Source of the DNA: Ignavibacteriota bacterium
Lineage (GTDB): Bacteria; Bacteroidota; Ignavibacteria; UBA10030
Direction of reading: 5' to 3'
NCBI GenBank assembly: GCA_963701295.1
Contig: OY969585.1
Location: forward strand, 2,656,001 to 2,720,000
DNA: 64,000 nt
Part shown: positions 23,617-34,369 of the stretch, in pieces
Position numbering within the stretch: the stretch's first letter is position 1
How the letters are laid out: every line of letters starts with the position of its first letter
Translations under genes and position numbers: made by a program
The notes under the pieces: generated by a model
What the model saw: the letters and a program-made list of their open reading frames with translations, nothing else
Databases searched by the model: none
Told to the model about the DNA's origin: nothing

Positions 23617-24743
23617 TCAAACTTTTTAAAAATACCAAGAGGACCGATGAGTGAATTGTAGAGAACATATAAAGCTTCCATAATAATGAATGAGCGGCTG
23701 TATGTGCTGGCATCGAATGTGCGTGCTGAGAAAAAAAACAATATTGTATCTGCAAAGAGCTTTGTTACAATACACGCAATGACAAACGGAATTGATAACA
23801 TGTGAAACAAAAATAAAAAAGGGGAGAAGAAGAGTAAAAAGTTTGTCAAGTGATAGAAAAAGAAAAACAGCATCATGGGGAATGAAAACACCTTGGATGC
23901 AGAGAAATGTCGCTTGCGTTGCTCGACAAATGAACAGAAATCTGCAGGCGGTACTGTTGGGACAAAACTTTCTCTCGTTTTTACGTAGCGAATTTTCCAA
24001 TTCGTTTGTCTGCGAACGAGCTGCAAGAAGAGATCATCATCGCCACTGATAGACTGTTTGATTTTCTCAAAGCCGCCAACCTCGTCATAAACCTTTCTGC
24101 GGTATGCAAGATTCCTCCCTGTACAAAGCCAACCGAGATTCCAGCCAATAGCACCAGACGACCAAATTGCCGCGCGGAATTCTTCATATGCAATAAACTT
24201 AAAGAACATATTTCTCAAGATTCTGTTCGTTATTGTTTTGCCAGATGGAATTGTATAAGGAGAATAGCCGGCGACTAGTCCAACTTTAAGCTCAAATTGC
24301 TGTACCAATTCTTCTACCCATGTAGAGGGAGGAAAACAATCTGCATCTGTAAAACAAAGAATTTCACCTTTACTTGCATTAATTCCTGCTCTGAGCGCAT
24401 TTTTCTTCGTCGGCATATCGCTCGGAACGGTTGTGATGTCTATTCTCTTGATGGAAGGATTTTCCTTTTGAAAGTCAGCAACGATAGCGGCTGTATTATC
24501 CGTCGAACGGTCATTGATGATAATGAGTTCATAATAAGGATATGTTTGCAGTGACAGACATTCAAGTACACGTTCAATGGTTTTTTCTTCATTGCGCGCC
24601 GCTACAATGACAGAAACAAATGGCTGAAGAGGGCTTTTTGCTTGCTTGCAGCGCCTGAGACCTGTGGTTAAGCCAATATGAACAGCAAGATAAAAAGCCG
24701 CGGCAAGTAGAAGAACCAATTTGATGACTATGAAAATTTCCAT
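23601..24743 (-). CDS. Membrane-anchored GT2 glycosyltransferase
   Basis: IVAARNEE, NDRSTD, TDADC, GRNLAY, SGDDD, QRKRH. Confidence 0.9.
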   Translation of the reverse strand: MEIFIVIKLVLLLAAAFYLAVHIGLTTGLRRCKQAKSPLQPFVSVIVAARNEEKTIERVLECLSLQTYPYYELIIINDRSTDNTAAIVADFQKENPSIKRIDITTVPSDMPTKKNALRAGINASKGEILCFTDADCFPPSTWVEELVQQFELKVGLVAGYSPYTIPSGKTITNRILRNMFFKFIAYEEFRAAIWSSGAIGWNLGWLCTGRNLAYRRKVYDEVGGFEKIKQSISGDDDLFLQLVRRQTNWKIRYVKTRESFVPTVPPADFCSFVEQRKRHFSASKVFSFPMMLFFFFYHLTNFLLFFSPFLFLFHMLSIPFVIACIVTKLFADTILFFFSARTFDASTYSRSFIIMEALYVLYNSLIGPLGIFKKFEWKQS

Positions 24744-24968
24744 TATGTCATAATCGGAAATAATGGGTTCTTTTGCAACGTCTAAAATGAAATCAGGATA
24801 CCCCGGAAATTATTTCACTTTGATTGAAAATCGAATGTCTGCAACCTATAACAAAGAAAGGGCTAATGCAATCCGCTTCCAGATGCTCATATCTCACATG
24901 CAACTCTTTAAGAAAGACCATTGTTTAAAGTATATAATGAGAAACAATGTTTTATAACTCAATCAGAA

Positions 24969-26396
24969 ATGCAAACAACAAATCAAATAGTAAATAAACC
25001 CAGTGGCACAGATCGATCTGAAAAAGAAAAGGAATTCAACTGGCCGCTGTGTTATGACGCGGAACAACTCGTCCTGGAGCGTATCAAAGCGTTTCTTTCA
25101 CGCAACACCTTTGCAGCAAGGTTAGCGGATCGGATGCGCAATGAAACCGGCACGCTGATGATCGATTGGATAGACCACTTAGTTTTATCGGAGCAAGATG
25201 AACCTGCAGTTCGCAAGGTTGGTTTTGCAGAAGACCTCTTAGCTGGACCATCAATCGAAGGCCAAAAATATTTCTATCATCCCGAGGCAATGCTGCCGCG
25301 CATTATTATTGATCAAAATGTCAACAGCAATGAATCCCCAACGACACTGGCGATACACGTGGACAGTATTTCCGATTTTATAGCAGTTCACGGGATCATT
25401 GCCAAGATAGAAGGAGAACCACTCACACGTTTTCGCAGGGTTAGAGCTTCCGCTGAAAACGGTACCAACTTTGATGTCGTAGAACGATGCGGCTATCGCG
25501 GTTATGAGGCGGAGAAACCGAATTCAAGCATAACGAACGACGTGCTTCAAGCGCAGAAACTTTGGAAAGAACGACAAAGGATTTTTACCGATGATGCAGA
25601 TGGATTTCATCAAACACATGCTCTGCTTGATCGTGTGATTGCTTTAGTTGACTGCGACCTCGCGTGCCACATAATGTTTGCTGAGGAGCGGGCTTACTGG
25701 GAACATCGTAACAGCGCGGCACAAATTCAAAAGCGGCGCCAGGATAAACTTGGATTAGGATGGGCAAATCACGATCATCATACATTTCGTAGCTCTCGAG
25801 CCAATTTTGTTGAACTGATACGAGCATTTGAAAAGCTCGGCTTCAAACGGCGTGAGCGTTATTATGCAGGTGCCCAAGCAGGATGGGGAGCACAAATTCT
25901 GGAACAACCTGTGGAAGGAATCGTTGTTTTTTGCGATGTGGATTTAGAACCTGAAGAAACAAAAATTGATTTTTCGCGCAAAACATTGCCAGCATCAAAA
26001 AAATTAGGTACTATCGGATTGTGGGTTGGATTGCACGGCGAAAGTTTTCTTGAAGCAGGCATGCATCATCTGGAGTGCCGCTTTGATTACGGTTTACTGC
26101 GTAAGCAACTCGCGGCAGAAGGCATCAACACGATGGATCCATTTTCAGATTTTCCATTCCTCACGCAGGCGTTTACAGAAGGAGAGCGCTGGCCGGTGAG
26201 ACGCGAAAGTGCGGAAAAACTTTTGCGAGCTGGACTAATCGATGAAAAGCAATACAATCGATTCGTGAGCGAAGGCGCGATTGGAAGCCATCTGGAAAAT
26301 CTGCAGCGCAAAGGCGGATTCAAAGGATTCAACCAAGAGTCGGTCAGTGTGATCATTCGAGAAACAGACCCGCGGAAACAAGGGCACGGTGCTTAA
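24969..26396 (+). CDS. Uncharacterised VOC-superfamily protein with HPPD-like His-His-Glu motifs
   Basis: IDHLVL, DHHT, GMHHLE, LTQAFTE and ENLQRKG.FKGF occur in the same order as the DH, QH, LLQIF and EFIQRKG..GF motifs of 4-hydroxyphenylpyruvate dioxygenases. Confidence 0.6.
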   Translation: MQTTNQIVNKPSGTDRSEKEKEFNWPLCYDAEQLVLERIKAFLSRNTFAARLADRMRNETGTLMIDWIDHLVLSEQDEPAVRKVGFAEDLLAGPSIEGQKYFYHPEAMLPRIIIDQNVNSNESPTTLAIHVDSISDFIAVHGIIAKIEGEPLTRFRRVRASAENGTNFDVVERCGYRGYEAEKPNSSITNDVLQAQKLWKERQRIFTDDADGFHQTHALLDRVIALVDCDLACHIMFAEERAYWEHRNSAAQIQKRRQDKLGLGWANHDHHTFRSSRANFVELIRAFEKLGFKRRERYYAGAQAGWGAQILEQPVEGIVVFCDVDLEPEETKIDFSRKTLPASKKLGTIGLWVGLHGESFLEAGMHHLECRFDYGLLRKQLAAEGINTMDPFSDFPFLTQAFTEGERWPVRRESAEKLLRAGLIDEKQYNRFVSEGAIGSHLENLQRKGGFKGFNQESVSVIIRETDPRKQGHGA

Positions 26397-26484
26397 TTTT
26401 TAAAATGTTAAAGTAGATATTCCGAAGAAAAATTCTTCTTTAAACCGGCTTGACACATTCGCAACACACTATTCTTGGCATTTC

Positions 26485-26513
26485 TTGACTCTCCGTCAAA
26501 AATGCAATATCTT
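26485..26513 (+). promoter_or_regulatory. Sigma70-type promoter for the M16 peptidase operon
   Basis: TTGACT-N17-TATCTT. Confidence 0.55.
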
Positions 26514-26567
26514 CATAAAAGAAATATATTTTCATCAAAAACCAAAATTCGTTTTTCATCGGGTTAT

Positions 26568-27896
26568 GTGAATCAAAAGGCAAAGTTGAAAACATTTAAG
26601 AGATTACATTCGTCATCCTCCACTAAAACCGAAGCGACATACCAGAAAACCACCCTTCCGAATGGAGTTCGTGTTGTCACCGAAGCGATTCCGCACGTAC
26701 GTTCTCTATCGCTCGGATTTTGGATTGAAACCGGCTCACGGGACGAATTACCGGCGAAAAACGGCATTTCACATTTCATAGAGCATATGGTATTCAAAGG
26801 CACAAAAAAACGCTCTATCAAAGAAATTGCCCAGAGCATCGAATCCGTCGGTGGATATCTCAATGCATTTACAAGCAAAGAACATACTTGTTTTTATGCA
26901 CGAGTACTTGATGAACATCTGGAGTTGGCAACCGATGTCCTTTCCGATATGGTATTCTCGCCGACATTCCCGGAGAAAGAGCTTCTGAAAGAAAAAAATG
27001 TCGTTCTAGAAGAATTGAAACAAGCGGAAGACGATCCGGATGATATCATACACGATTACTTTGAAAAAGCTATTTTTAAGACGCATCCGCTTGGTATGCC
27101 GGTCATCGGAACGAAAGAATCTATTTCTTCTTTTTTGAGGAAAGATCTCATTCAATATAAATCGGAACAGTACACATCGAATAATCTTGTCATTGCGGCG
27201 GCAGGGAATATTAGGCACGAGATGATTGTTGAATTAGCAAATCGTTATCTCAAAAATATCCTATCGAATACAAAGCAGAAAAGAGCCGGGAAATCCGGTT
27301 CGAATATTGAAGAGCCGAATTATGTTTTGAGTGAGTATTATAAGCCTATTCAACAAGCCCATATTTGTCTTGGCACCATCGGTTGTAGTGTAAAAAATGA
27401 AAAGCGCTTTGCCATGCAAGTACTGAACACACTGCTGGGCGATGGAATGAGTTCTAGATTGTTTCAAAACATTCGGGAGAAATACGGATTTGCTTATGCT
27501 GTCTATAGTTTCAACAATATGATGCAAGATACTGGTTCAGTAGGAGTCTACGTTGGAACGGATGACTCTCATGTTCAACGGTGCATTGATCTTGTGTGGA
27601 AAGAATTGAAATCTGTACGCAAACACGCTATCAAAACACAGGAATTGGAACGAACGAAGGCACAATTGAAAGGGAACCTGATGCTGGGGATGGAAAATAT
27701 TCCTAACCGGATGATACGATTAGGCAGTTCAGAGTTGTATTTTGGAGAATTGATAACACTGGATGCGATCATCGCAAAGATTGATGCAGTGACAAAAGAT
27801 GAAGTTCAGGAAATGGCTGAAGGGTTATTCGTCGAGGATCGTTTCGCGACGGTTATCTTTCATCCGAACGGAAAACACGAAACACAATCTGAATAA
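26568..27896 (+). CDS. M16 (pitrilysin/insulinase) family zinc peptidase
   Basis: GSRDE, HFIEH inverted zinc motif, NAFTS, SSRLFQNIREKYG. Start placed downstream of the promoter. Confidence 0.93.
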   Translation: MNQKAKLKTFKRLHSSSSTKTEATYQKTTLPNGVRVVTEAIPHVRSLSLGFWIETGSRDELPAKNGISHFIEHMVFKGTKKRSIKEIAQSIESVGGYLNAFTSKEHTCFYARVLDEHLELATDVLSDMVFSPTFPEKELLKEKNVVLEELKQAEDDPDDIIHDYFEKAIFKTHPLGMPVIGTKESISSFLRKDLIQYKSEQYTSNNLVIAAAGNIRHEMIVELANRYLKNILSNTKQKRAGKSGSNIEEPNYVLSEYYKPIQQAHICLGTIGCSVKNEKRFAMQVLNTLLGDGMSSRLFQNIREKYGFAYAVYSFNNMMQDTGSVGVYVGTDDSHVQRCIDLVWKELKSVRKHAIKTQELERTKAQLKGNLMLGMENIPNRMIRLGSSELYFGELITLDAIIAKIDAVTKDEVQEMAEGLFVEDRFATVIFHPNGKHETQSE

Positions 27897-27924
27897 TTTG
27901 TGCGTGATAAATGAAACATTCATA

Positions 27925-29157
27925 ATGGATACACCAAATAATAACATTACAGAAAGTTTTGTTAAGATTTCACGAAGAGGGCGAGAGATTCAAGGATCTC
28001 CTATTCGAAAACTTACAGCTATTGCAGAGGCTCGCAAGAAGCAGGGAATCCACGTTTACCATTTGAATATCGGTCAGCCGGATTTACCAACGCCGTTGCC
28101 TGTGCTGGAAGCAGTGCATAAAATTTCACGTCAAACAATTGAGTACGCACCGTCCAATGGTTTACCGGAATCACTCAAAGCATGGAAAAAATATTTTGGA
28201 CATTTTGGGATTCTCTTTGATGAAAGCGAACTTATTGTTACAACCGGCGGATCCGAAGCAATTACGTTAGCTATGTGTGCCGTCTGCGACACAGACGACG
28301 AGATAATAGTTTTCGAACCGACCTATGCAAATTACAATGGTTTTGCAGGTATCGCGAATGTGAAACTCAAGGCGATTCCAACTTCGATAGAAAATGGCTT
28401 CCATCTTCCATCGGAAGAGGTGATAGAATCCTTTGTCACGAACAGGACACGAGCGATCCTTTATTGTAGTCCATCCAATCCTTCTGGAACGATTTATAGC
28501 CGGGAAGAAATGCAACGGCTTGTCAATTTGGCGCTGAAGCATGGATTATTCATTCTCTCCGATGAAACATACCGCGAGTTTGCGTATGAGAAGAAAGCAA
28601 TAAGCATTGCAGATTTTCCTCAGGTACGAGATCGTGCAATTGTGCTCGAAAGCTGTTCAAAGAAATTCAATGTATGCGGCGCTCGTATCGGTGTGCTTGC
28701 GAGTCACAACAAAGAGATTGCTTCTACAACCTTGAAGTTCTGTCAGGCGCGGCTTTCAGTAGCGACGATTGAACAATTAGCAATGGTTCCACTTCTTGAG
28801 AATCCGGAACCTTATACGCGTCCTCTTGTTGAAGAATTTAAAAGACGGCGGAATCTTGTATGCGCAGAATTGAAAACAATTCCAGGTGTTGTCTCTTATA
28901 TACCGGAAGGAGCGTTCTACATTGTTGTGGGTTTGCCGGTTAAAGATGCGGAACATTTTTCTCGGTGGTTGATTGAAAAGTTTGAGTACGAACGTGAAAC
29001 AGTTTTGCTGGCACCGGCACAAGGTTTTTATGTCACTCCGGGCAAAGGCATAAATGAAGTTCGACTGGCGTTTATGCTGAAAATCGATGATCTCAAACGA
29101 TCGCTGAAGATACTCAGGGAAGCACTCAAACTCTATCAGCGGACTTCTACGCAATAG
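27925..29157 (+). CDS. PLP-dependent class I/II aminotransferase (aspartate aminotransferase-like)
   Basis: LNIGQPD, PSNPSG, SDETY, SCSKK...GARIG. Confidence 0.9.
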   Translation: MDTPNNNITESFVKISRRGREIQGSPIRKLTAIAEARKKQGIHVYHLNIGQPDLPTPLPVLEAVHKISRQTIEYAPSNGLPESLKAWKKYFGHFGILFDESELIVTTGGSEAITLAMCAVCDTDDEIIVFEPTYANYNGFAGIANVKLKAIPTSIENGFHLPSEEVIESFVTNRTRAILYCSPSNPSGTIYSREEMQRLVNLALKHGLFILSDETYREFAYEKKAISIADFPQVRDRAIVLESCSKKFNVCGARIGVLASHNKEIASTTLKFCQARLSVATIEQLAMVPLLENPEPYTRPLVEEFKRRRNLVCAELKTIPGVVSYIPEGAFYIVVGLPVKDAEHFSRWLIEKFEYERETVLLAPAQGFYVTPGKGINEVRLAFMLKIDDLKRSLKILREALKLYQRTSTQ

Positions 29158-29172
29158 CGGAATACATGTCCC

Positions 29173-30852
29173 ATGGCGAAGATCACGATTGACGGGAAAG
29201 AACTACAAGTCGATCCGAAGCTGACAGTTATTCAAGCAGCGTCACAAAACGGAATTCATATCCCGCATTTCTGCTGGCATCCAAAACTTTCCGTTGCAGG
29301 TAACTGCCGAATTTGTCTGGTGGAAGTCGAGAAAATGCCGAAACTTGTCATTGCGTGTGCCACGCAAGTTGCAGAAGGAATGGTCGTCAAGACTAAGAGC
29401 GAAAAAGTTGTCAAAGCTCGCAATTCTGTGATGGAATTTTTACTCATCAATCATCCACTGGATTGCCCGATCTGCGATGAAGCCGGTGAGTGCAAACTCC
29501 AAAATTATGCTTATAAATACAGCATTGGCACCAGCCGGTTTCAAGAGGATAAAGTTCACAAACCAAAGCGTGTAGAGCTTAGCCCATATGTGTTATTAGA
29601 TGTTGAACGCTGCATTATGTGTTCTCGCTGCATCCGATTCTCTGAAGAAATCGCGCACCAATCTGCACTCACATTTACCGAACGCGGTACCCATGTTGTC
29701 CTGACGACATTTCCCGGCACTCAGTTGGATAATCCATATAGTATGAATATCATCGATATTTGCCCGGTTGGTGCGCTCACAAGCCGCGACTTCCGATTCA
29801 AAGCGCGGGTGTGGGAGATGTCGTCCACAGACAGTATTTGCGTCGGATGTGCACGCGGGTGCAATATACACGTGTGGGTTCGTAATAATGAAATCCTTCG
29901 GCTGACACCTCGAAAAAATGAAGAAGTGAATTCCTGTTGGATGTGCGATGATGGACGATTGAATTCTTTTAAAAGCGTAGCAAGCGAGAAACGACTAAAT
30001 GGTTCTCTCATTAGGAAAGACGGTGTCAAAGTAGAAGTAGGCTGGGATGAAGCTATTTCCAAAGTTGTCTCAGAACTGCGTACTTATCGTAAACATGAAA
30101 TCGCAGGAATCGCATCAGCATACGCAACCAATGAGGACAACTACATCTTCACTCGGTTCATCAAGGAAGTGATCGGAAGTAAGAGCATTGGAGTTCTTTC
30201 TCATGTACAATCCGGCAGCGAAGATGATCTTCTTATTCGAGCCGATAAAACACCAAACAGCCTTGGTGCGTTATCAGTAGGAGCGGCAGGAGAGAATAGG
30301 ACAATTGGAATAGATCATATTCTCAAAGGAATCTCTGAAGGAACTATTAAAGTACTTTATGTTCTGGAAGACAACATCGCAGCTGATCCGAAAATCGCTG
30401 AGACGCTGAAGAATCTTGAAATATTAATTGTGCATTCATCAGTGAGGAATGAAACTACCGCGAAAGCAGACATTGTTCTTTCAGCATCGACATTTGCTGA
30501 AAAACATGGGACGATGACAAATTTCAAAGGACGCGTGCAGCGCATACGGCCCACAGTTGCAATGATTGAACAGGAGCGTACCATGGATGGCATGGCGATG
30601 AGCCGATGGGATAAATTTGCCGCACAAAATGATTCGTGGGGAAAAGGGACAAAACGTGATGCACGTTCATCCTGGAGAATTATTGCCGCCGTTGCTTCTG
30701 CGATGGGCGGAAAAATGAAGTATGCAACAGCAGAAGAAGTTTTCAAAGAAATGTCGGAACGTCTTCCTGCGTTCAAAGGTTTATCCTATGCGAAGGTTGG
30801 AAATCATAGCGCTGTTCTCAAAGAAATAAAATCCGCGTCTGTGAAAAAATAG
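29173..30852 (+). CDS. nuoG: NADH-quinone oxidoreductase subunit G (short form)
   Basis: Fe-S motifs CWHP..GNCRIC, HPLDCPICDEAGEC, CIMCSRC..CPVGAL and CVGCARGC..C; adjacent to nuoH and nuoI. Confidence 0.9.
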   Translation: MAKITIDGKELQVDPKLTVIQAASQNGIHIPHFCWHPKLSVAGNCRICLVEVEKMPKLVIACATQVAEGMVVKTKSEKVVKARNSVMEFLLINHPLDCPICDEAGECKLQNYAYKYSIGTSRFQEDKVHKPKRVELSPYVLLDVERCIMCSRCIRFSEEIAHQSALTFTERGTHVVLTTFPGTQLDNPYSMNIIDICPVGALTSRDFRFKARVWEMSSTDSICVGCARGCNIHVWVRNNEILRLTPRKNEEVNSCWMCDDGRLNSFKSVASEKRLNGSLIRKDGVKVEVGWDEAISKVVSELRTYRKHEIAGIASAYATNEDNYIFTRFIKEVIGSKSIGVLSHVQSGSEDDLLIRADKTPNSLGALSVGAAGENRTIGIDHILKGISEGTIKVLYVLEDNIAADPKIAETLKNLEILIVHSSVRNETTAKADIVLSASTFAEKHGTMTNFKGRVQRIRPTVAMIEQERTMDGMAMSRWDKFAAQNDSWGKGTKRDARSSWRIIAAVASAMGGKMKYATAEEVFKEMSERLPAFKGLSYAKVGNHSAVLKEIKSASVKK

Positions 30853-30868
30853 AAAAGAAAATATATAG

Positions 30869-31933
30869 ATGGATATCATTTCAGTACTTATTGTTCTCAT
30901 CAAGATACTCATCATTATGTTCGGAGTTCTTGTCCTCGGCGCTGCGATGGCGGTACTAGCAGAACGGCGTGTCAGTGCATTCATACAAGATCGAGTTGGA
31001 CCTAATCGAGTAGGGCCGGGCGGAATTATTCAGCCGTTTGCGGATGTCGTGAAGCTTATGATGAAGGAAGATATTGTTTCGCGACAGGCAAACCGCTTCA
31101 TTCATGATCTCGCACCGATTATTTCTATCACCATCGCTTTGAGCACGTTTGCAATTATTCCGTTTGGAAATTCCATCGAATTGTTCGGACGGCAAATCAA
31201 GCTCATGATTGCAGATGTAGACATCGGTATACTTTATCTTCTTGCACTCACATCTGTCGGTGTGTATGGAGTAAGTCTTGCCGGTTGGTCGTCCAATAAT
31301 AAATATTCGCTTCTTGGCGGATTGCGTTCCTCTGCACAGCTCATTAGTTATGAGCTTTCCATGGGTCTGTCTCTTATCGGTATTATCATGATTTCCGGAA
31401 CATTACGGTTAGATCAAACTGTTCTTCAGCAGACGGCATATTGGTGGGGTATCATTCCCAAATGGAATATTTTTCTTCAGCCGTTGGGATTTATTACATT
31501 TATGATTGCATCGTTCGCTGAAACTAACCGGCTCCCGTTTGATTTGCCCGAAGCGGAACCAGAATTGGTCGGCGGGTACCATACGGAATACACCGGCATG
31601 AAATTCGGATTGTTTTTCCTTGCAGAATACGCCAACGTAATAACATCCAGCGCGGTCACTGTAACGCTGTTCTTTGGCGGATGGCATCTCCCATTTGCAG
31701 AGCAGTGGGGACTTTCGCCATTGATGTTAAATCTTGTACAGATGCTCACGTTTCTCACAAAAGTCATTTTTCTCGTGTTATTCTTTATTATCGTGCGATG
31801 GACGATTCCTCGCTTTAGATACGATCAATTGATGCGGATCGGCTGGAAGGTGATGCTGCCCATGGCTATTGCAAATTTCTTGCTCACTGGTTTAGTTATT
31901 CTCAGTTTACAGTGGTTCGGAGTCATGAGATAG
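30869..31933 (+). CDS. nuoH: NADH-quinone oxidoreductase subunit H
   Basis: ERRVSAFIQDRVGPNRVG, AETNRLPFDLPEAE.EL, PRFRYDQLM. Confidence 0.97.
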   Translation: MDIISVLIVLIKILIIMFGVLVLGAAMAVLAERRVSAFIQDRVGPNRVGPGGIIQPFADVVKLMMKEDIVSRQANRFIHDLAPIISITIALSTFAIIPFGNSIELFGRQIKLMIADVDIGILYLLALTSVGVYGVSLAGWSSNNKYSLLGGLRSSAQLISYELSMGLSLIGIIMISGTLRLDQTVLQQTAYWWGIIPKWNIFLQPLGFITFMIASFAETNRLPFDLPEAEPELVGGYHTEYTGMKFGLFFLAEYANVITSSAVTVTLFFGGWHLPFAEQWGLSPLMLNLVQMLTFLTKVIFLVLFFIIVRWTIPRFRYDQLMRIGWKVMLPMAIANFLLTGLVILSLQWFGVMR

Positions 31934-32433
31934 TGGATTCGCCGGATAAAATAATTCGCAAGAAAGATCTTAGCCTGCTGCAGAAGATGTACATCCCGGA
32001 AATTCTTAAAGGACTTCGGATGACCATCAGGCAAATGTTCAAGCCGACTTTTACGTCTCAGTATCCGGAAGTACGTTTCAAACCTGAGTCCTCGTTTCGC
32101 GGGCGGCCTGTGCTTGTTGCAGAAAACGGTGTCGAGCGCTGCGTCGCATGTGGGCTTTGTGCACGCGTTTGTCCGGCACTGGCAATTGAAGTGCAGGCAT
32201 CAGAGACAGAACTTGAAAAAGAACGTTATCCTATCAAGTTTGAAATCAATATGGTACGCTGTATCTTCTGTGGATTCTGCGAAGAAGTTTGTCCGGAAGA
32301 AGCAATTGTCATGAGCAATGAGTATTTGCTGGCATTCTCGAGTCAGCAAGAAGCACTGTTCGGCAAGGAAAAACTACTTAAATCGACAGAAGAATTAAAG
32401 GATCGATTAGAATTTTTACGGAATCATCGATAA
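31933..32433 (+). CDS. nuoI: NADH-quinone oxidoreductase subunit I
   Basis: QYPE, CVACGLCARVCP and CIFCGFCEEVCP 2x[4Fe-4S] motifs. GTG overlaps the nuoH stop. Confidence 0.95.
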   Translation: MDSPDKIIRKKDLSLLQKMYIPEILKGLRMTIRQMFKPTFTSQYPEVRFKPESSFRGRPVLVAENGVERCVACGLCARVCPALAIEVQASETELEKERYPIKFEINMVRCIFCGFCEEVCPEEAIVMSNEYLLAFSSQQEALFGKEKLLKSTEELKDRLEFLRNHR

Positions 32434-32497
32434 GGAATAGATTCTCACTCACATCGCGTCAGTATCAGGAATTTAATAAAGGGAGGAAATAGCGCCA

Positions 32498-34039
32498 ATG
32501 TTTTCTCAAGTATTCAGTGCCGCAACGTATGGAGTAGATGCCTATCTTGTGCAGGTCGAGACACATCTCGATAATGCACCGCACAAATTCTTTATCGTTG
32601 GCCTGCCGGATAATGCCGTCAAAGAAAGTATTCACCGCGTAACCGCTGCTATCAAGAATTCAGATTTCAAATTTCCGAATCGTCGCATGACGGTAAACCT
32701 TGCACCTGCCGATGTGAAAAAAGAAGGTTCGTCCTACGACCTGCCGGTAGCCCTTGGAATACTCACTGCATCGGGTCAATTAGAGTCTGACATTCTCAAA
32801 GATTTTGTCATACTTGGAGAACTTGCTCTCGATGGAACATTACGCCCGGTCCATGGTGCATTAGTGATTGCTCTGGAAGCGAAGGCGAAGGGAAAGCGTG
32901 GCATTCTGCTTCCGGAAGAAAACGCGAGGGAAGCGGCTATGGTGGAGGGCATGGAAGTCTATCCGATGAGAAGTTTGCAGGAGTCAGTAGGATTCTTTGC
33001 GGGAGAACACCGTTTGCTTGAGCCGTTTCATGTAGATATGCATGAAGTGTTTTCGATGGAACAGAGATACACCGTTGACTTCTCGGATGTCAAGGGGCAG
33101 GAAAGTGTGAAACGCGCGATGGAAGTGGCAGCGGCAGGAGGGCATAATATTTTGCTCATTGGCCCGCCCGGTTCCGGTAAAACCATGCTTGCAAAACGTT
33201 TGCCTACCATTCTTCCTCCGATGACATTTGATGAAGCATTGGAAACGACCAAAATACATTCTGTTGCTGGGATATTGCCGCCGCACTCTGCGCTTGTTTC
33301 TGTGCGCCCGTTCCGATCGCCGCACCACACGATTTCCGATGCGGCATTAGTAGGAGGAGGGACTATTCCGCGTCCGGGAGAAATCTCGCTTTCGCACCAT
33401 GGTGTTTTATTTTTGGATGAATTGCCGGAATTTGCGCGGAATGTTCTTGAGGTCATGCGCCAGCCGCTGGAAGACAGCAAAGTCACGATCAGCCGTTCGA
33501 AAATGTCTGTGGATTATCCGGCAAATTTTATGTTGGTCTGTGCGATGAATCCTTGCCCGTGTGGCAATTATGGAAGTTCGACACAAGAATGTACCTGTAC
33601 GCCGATTCAAATTCAGAAATATGTCGGCAAGATATCGGGCCCCTTGCTCGATCGAATTGATATCCATGTGGAGGTACCCACTGTGAAGTATAGTGAGCTG
33701 GCATCGAGAAGAACAGGAGAAGAATCAACTATTATCCGTCAACGGGTGGTGCAGGCTCGATCTGCACAAGCAGAACGATTCAAAGGGCGAAGAGGCTTAT
33801 ACAGCAATGCTGATATGGACTCGAAGGAGATCAAAGAATTTTGCCAAATAGATCAGGCTGGAGCAGAACTCTTAAAGATGGCGATGAGTAAATTAGGACT
33901 TTCTGCACGTGCTTATGATCGGATACTCAAAGTGTCAAGAACCATTGCAGATCTCAGTCAATGCAATGAAATTTGTACAGAACATCTTAGCGAAGCTATT
34001 CAGTACAGGAGTCTTGATAGAAACTTCTACGCGTTTTGA
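32498..34039 (+). CDS. comM: YifB/ComM Mg-chelatase-like AAA+ ATPase
   Basis: [51 protein letters not shown]. Confidence 0.95.
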   Translation: MFSQVFSAATYGVDAYLVQVETHLDNAPHKFFIVGLPDNAVKESIHRVTAAIKNSDFKFPNRRMTVNLAPADVKKEGSSYDLPVALGILTASGQLESDILKDFVILGELALDGTLRPVHGALVIALEAKAKGKRGILLPEENAREAAMVEGMEVYPMRSLQESVGFFAGEHRLLEPFHVDMHEVFSMEQRYTVDFSDVKGQESVKRAMEVAAAGGHNILLIGPPGSGKTMLAKRLPTILPPMTFDEALETTKIHSVAGILPPHSALVSVRPFRSPHHTISDAALVGGGTIPRPGEISLSHHGVLFLDELPEFARNVLEVMRQPLEDSKVTISRSKMSVDYPANFMLVCAMNPCPCGNYGSSTQECTCTPIQIQKYVGKISGPLLDRIDIHVEVPTVKYSELASRRTGEESTIIRQRVVQARSAQAERFKGRRGLYSNADMDSKEIKEFCQIDQAGAELLKMAMSKLGLSARAYDRILKVSRTIADLSQCNEICTEHLSEAIQYRSLDRNFYAF

Positions 34040-34369
34040 GAAGTTGCTGGCCTTTTCAGCAATAAAGGACTCTAGAGACGTAACGAGAAATAGGGATTTG
34101 TAGAATAACTATTCCCCTGTGTGCCATTGCCGTGGATTTGTACGCGCGGACATTATCGAAACCGCGCCATAGAAATAGGGGTGCTGGTGTCTTAATATGC
34201 GTTCTAAGCTAACGCAGTCTCATACTCGTTCATTGGTACAGTTCCTGAAAATGTTGTCTGCGGTTAAAATCACTTTGCAATTATCTCTTGAAAATAAGCA
34301 AATAGGCTCCCTAATTTTTTTCTTTCTATTTTTTTTCGTATTATTGAGGCATCGAATAGCGAATGCCTT

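Noticed and set aside
26475-26567. N-terminal extension of the M16 peptidase given by the ORF track
   Set aside because: It overlaps a good sigma70 promoter, so the real start is probably downstream.
34040-34230. Short hairpins and a repeated AGAAATAGGG after comM
   Set aside because: Stems are only 5-6 bp, with no coherent fold or known motif; cannot be supported as an RNA or mobile end.
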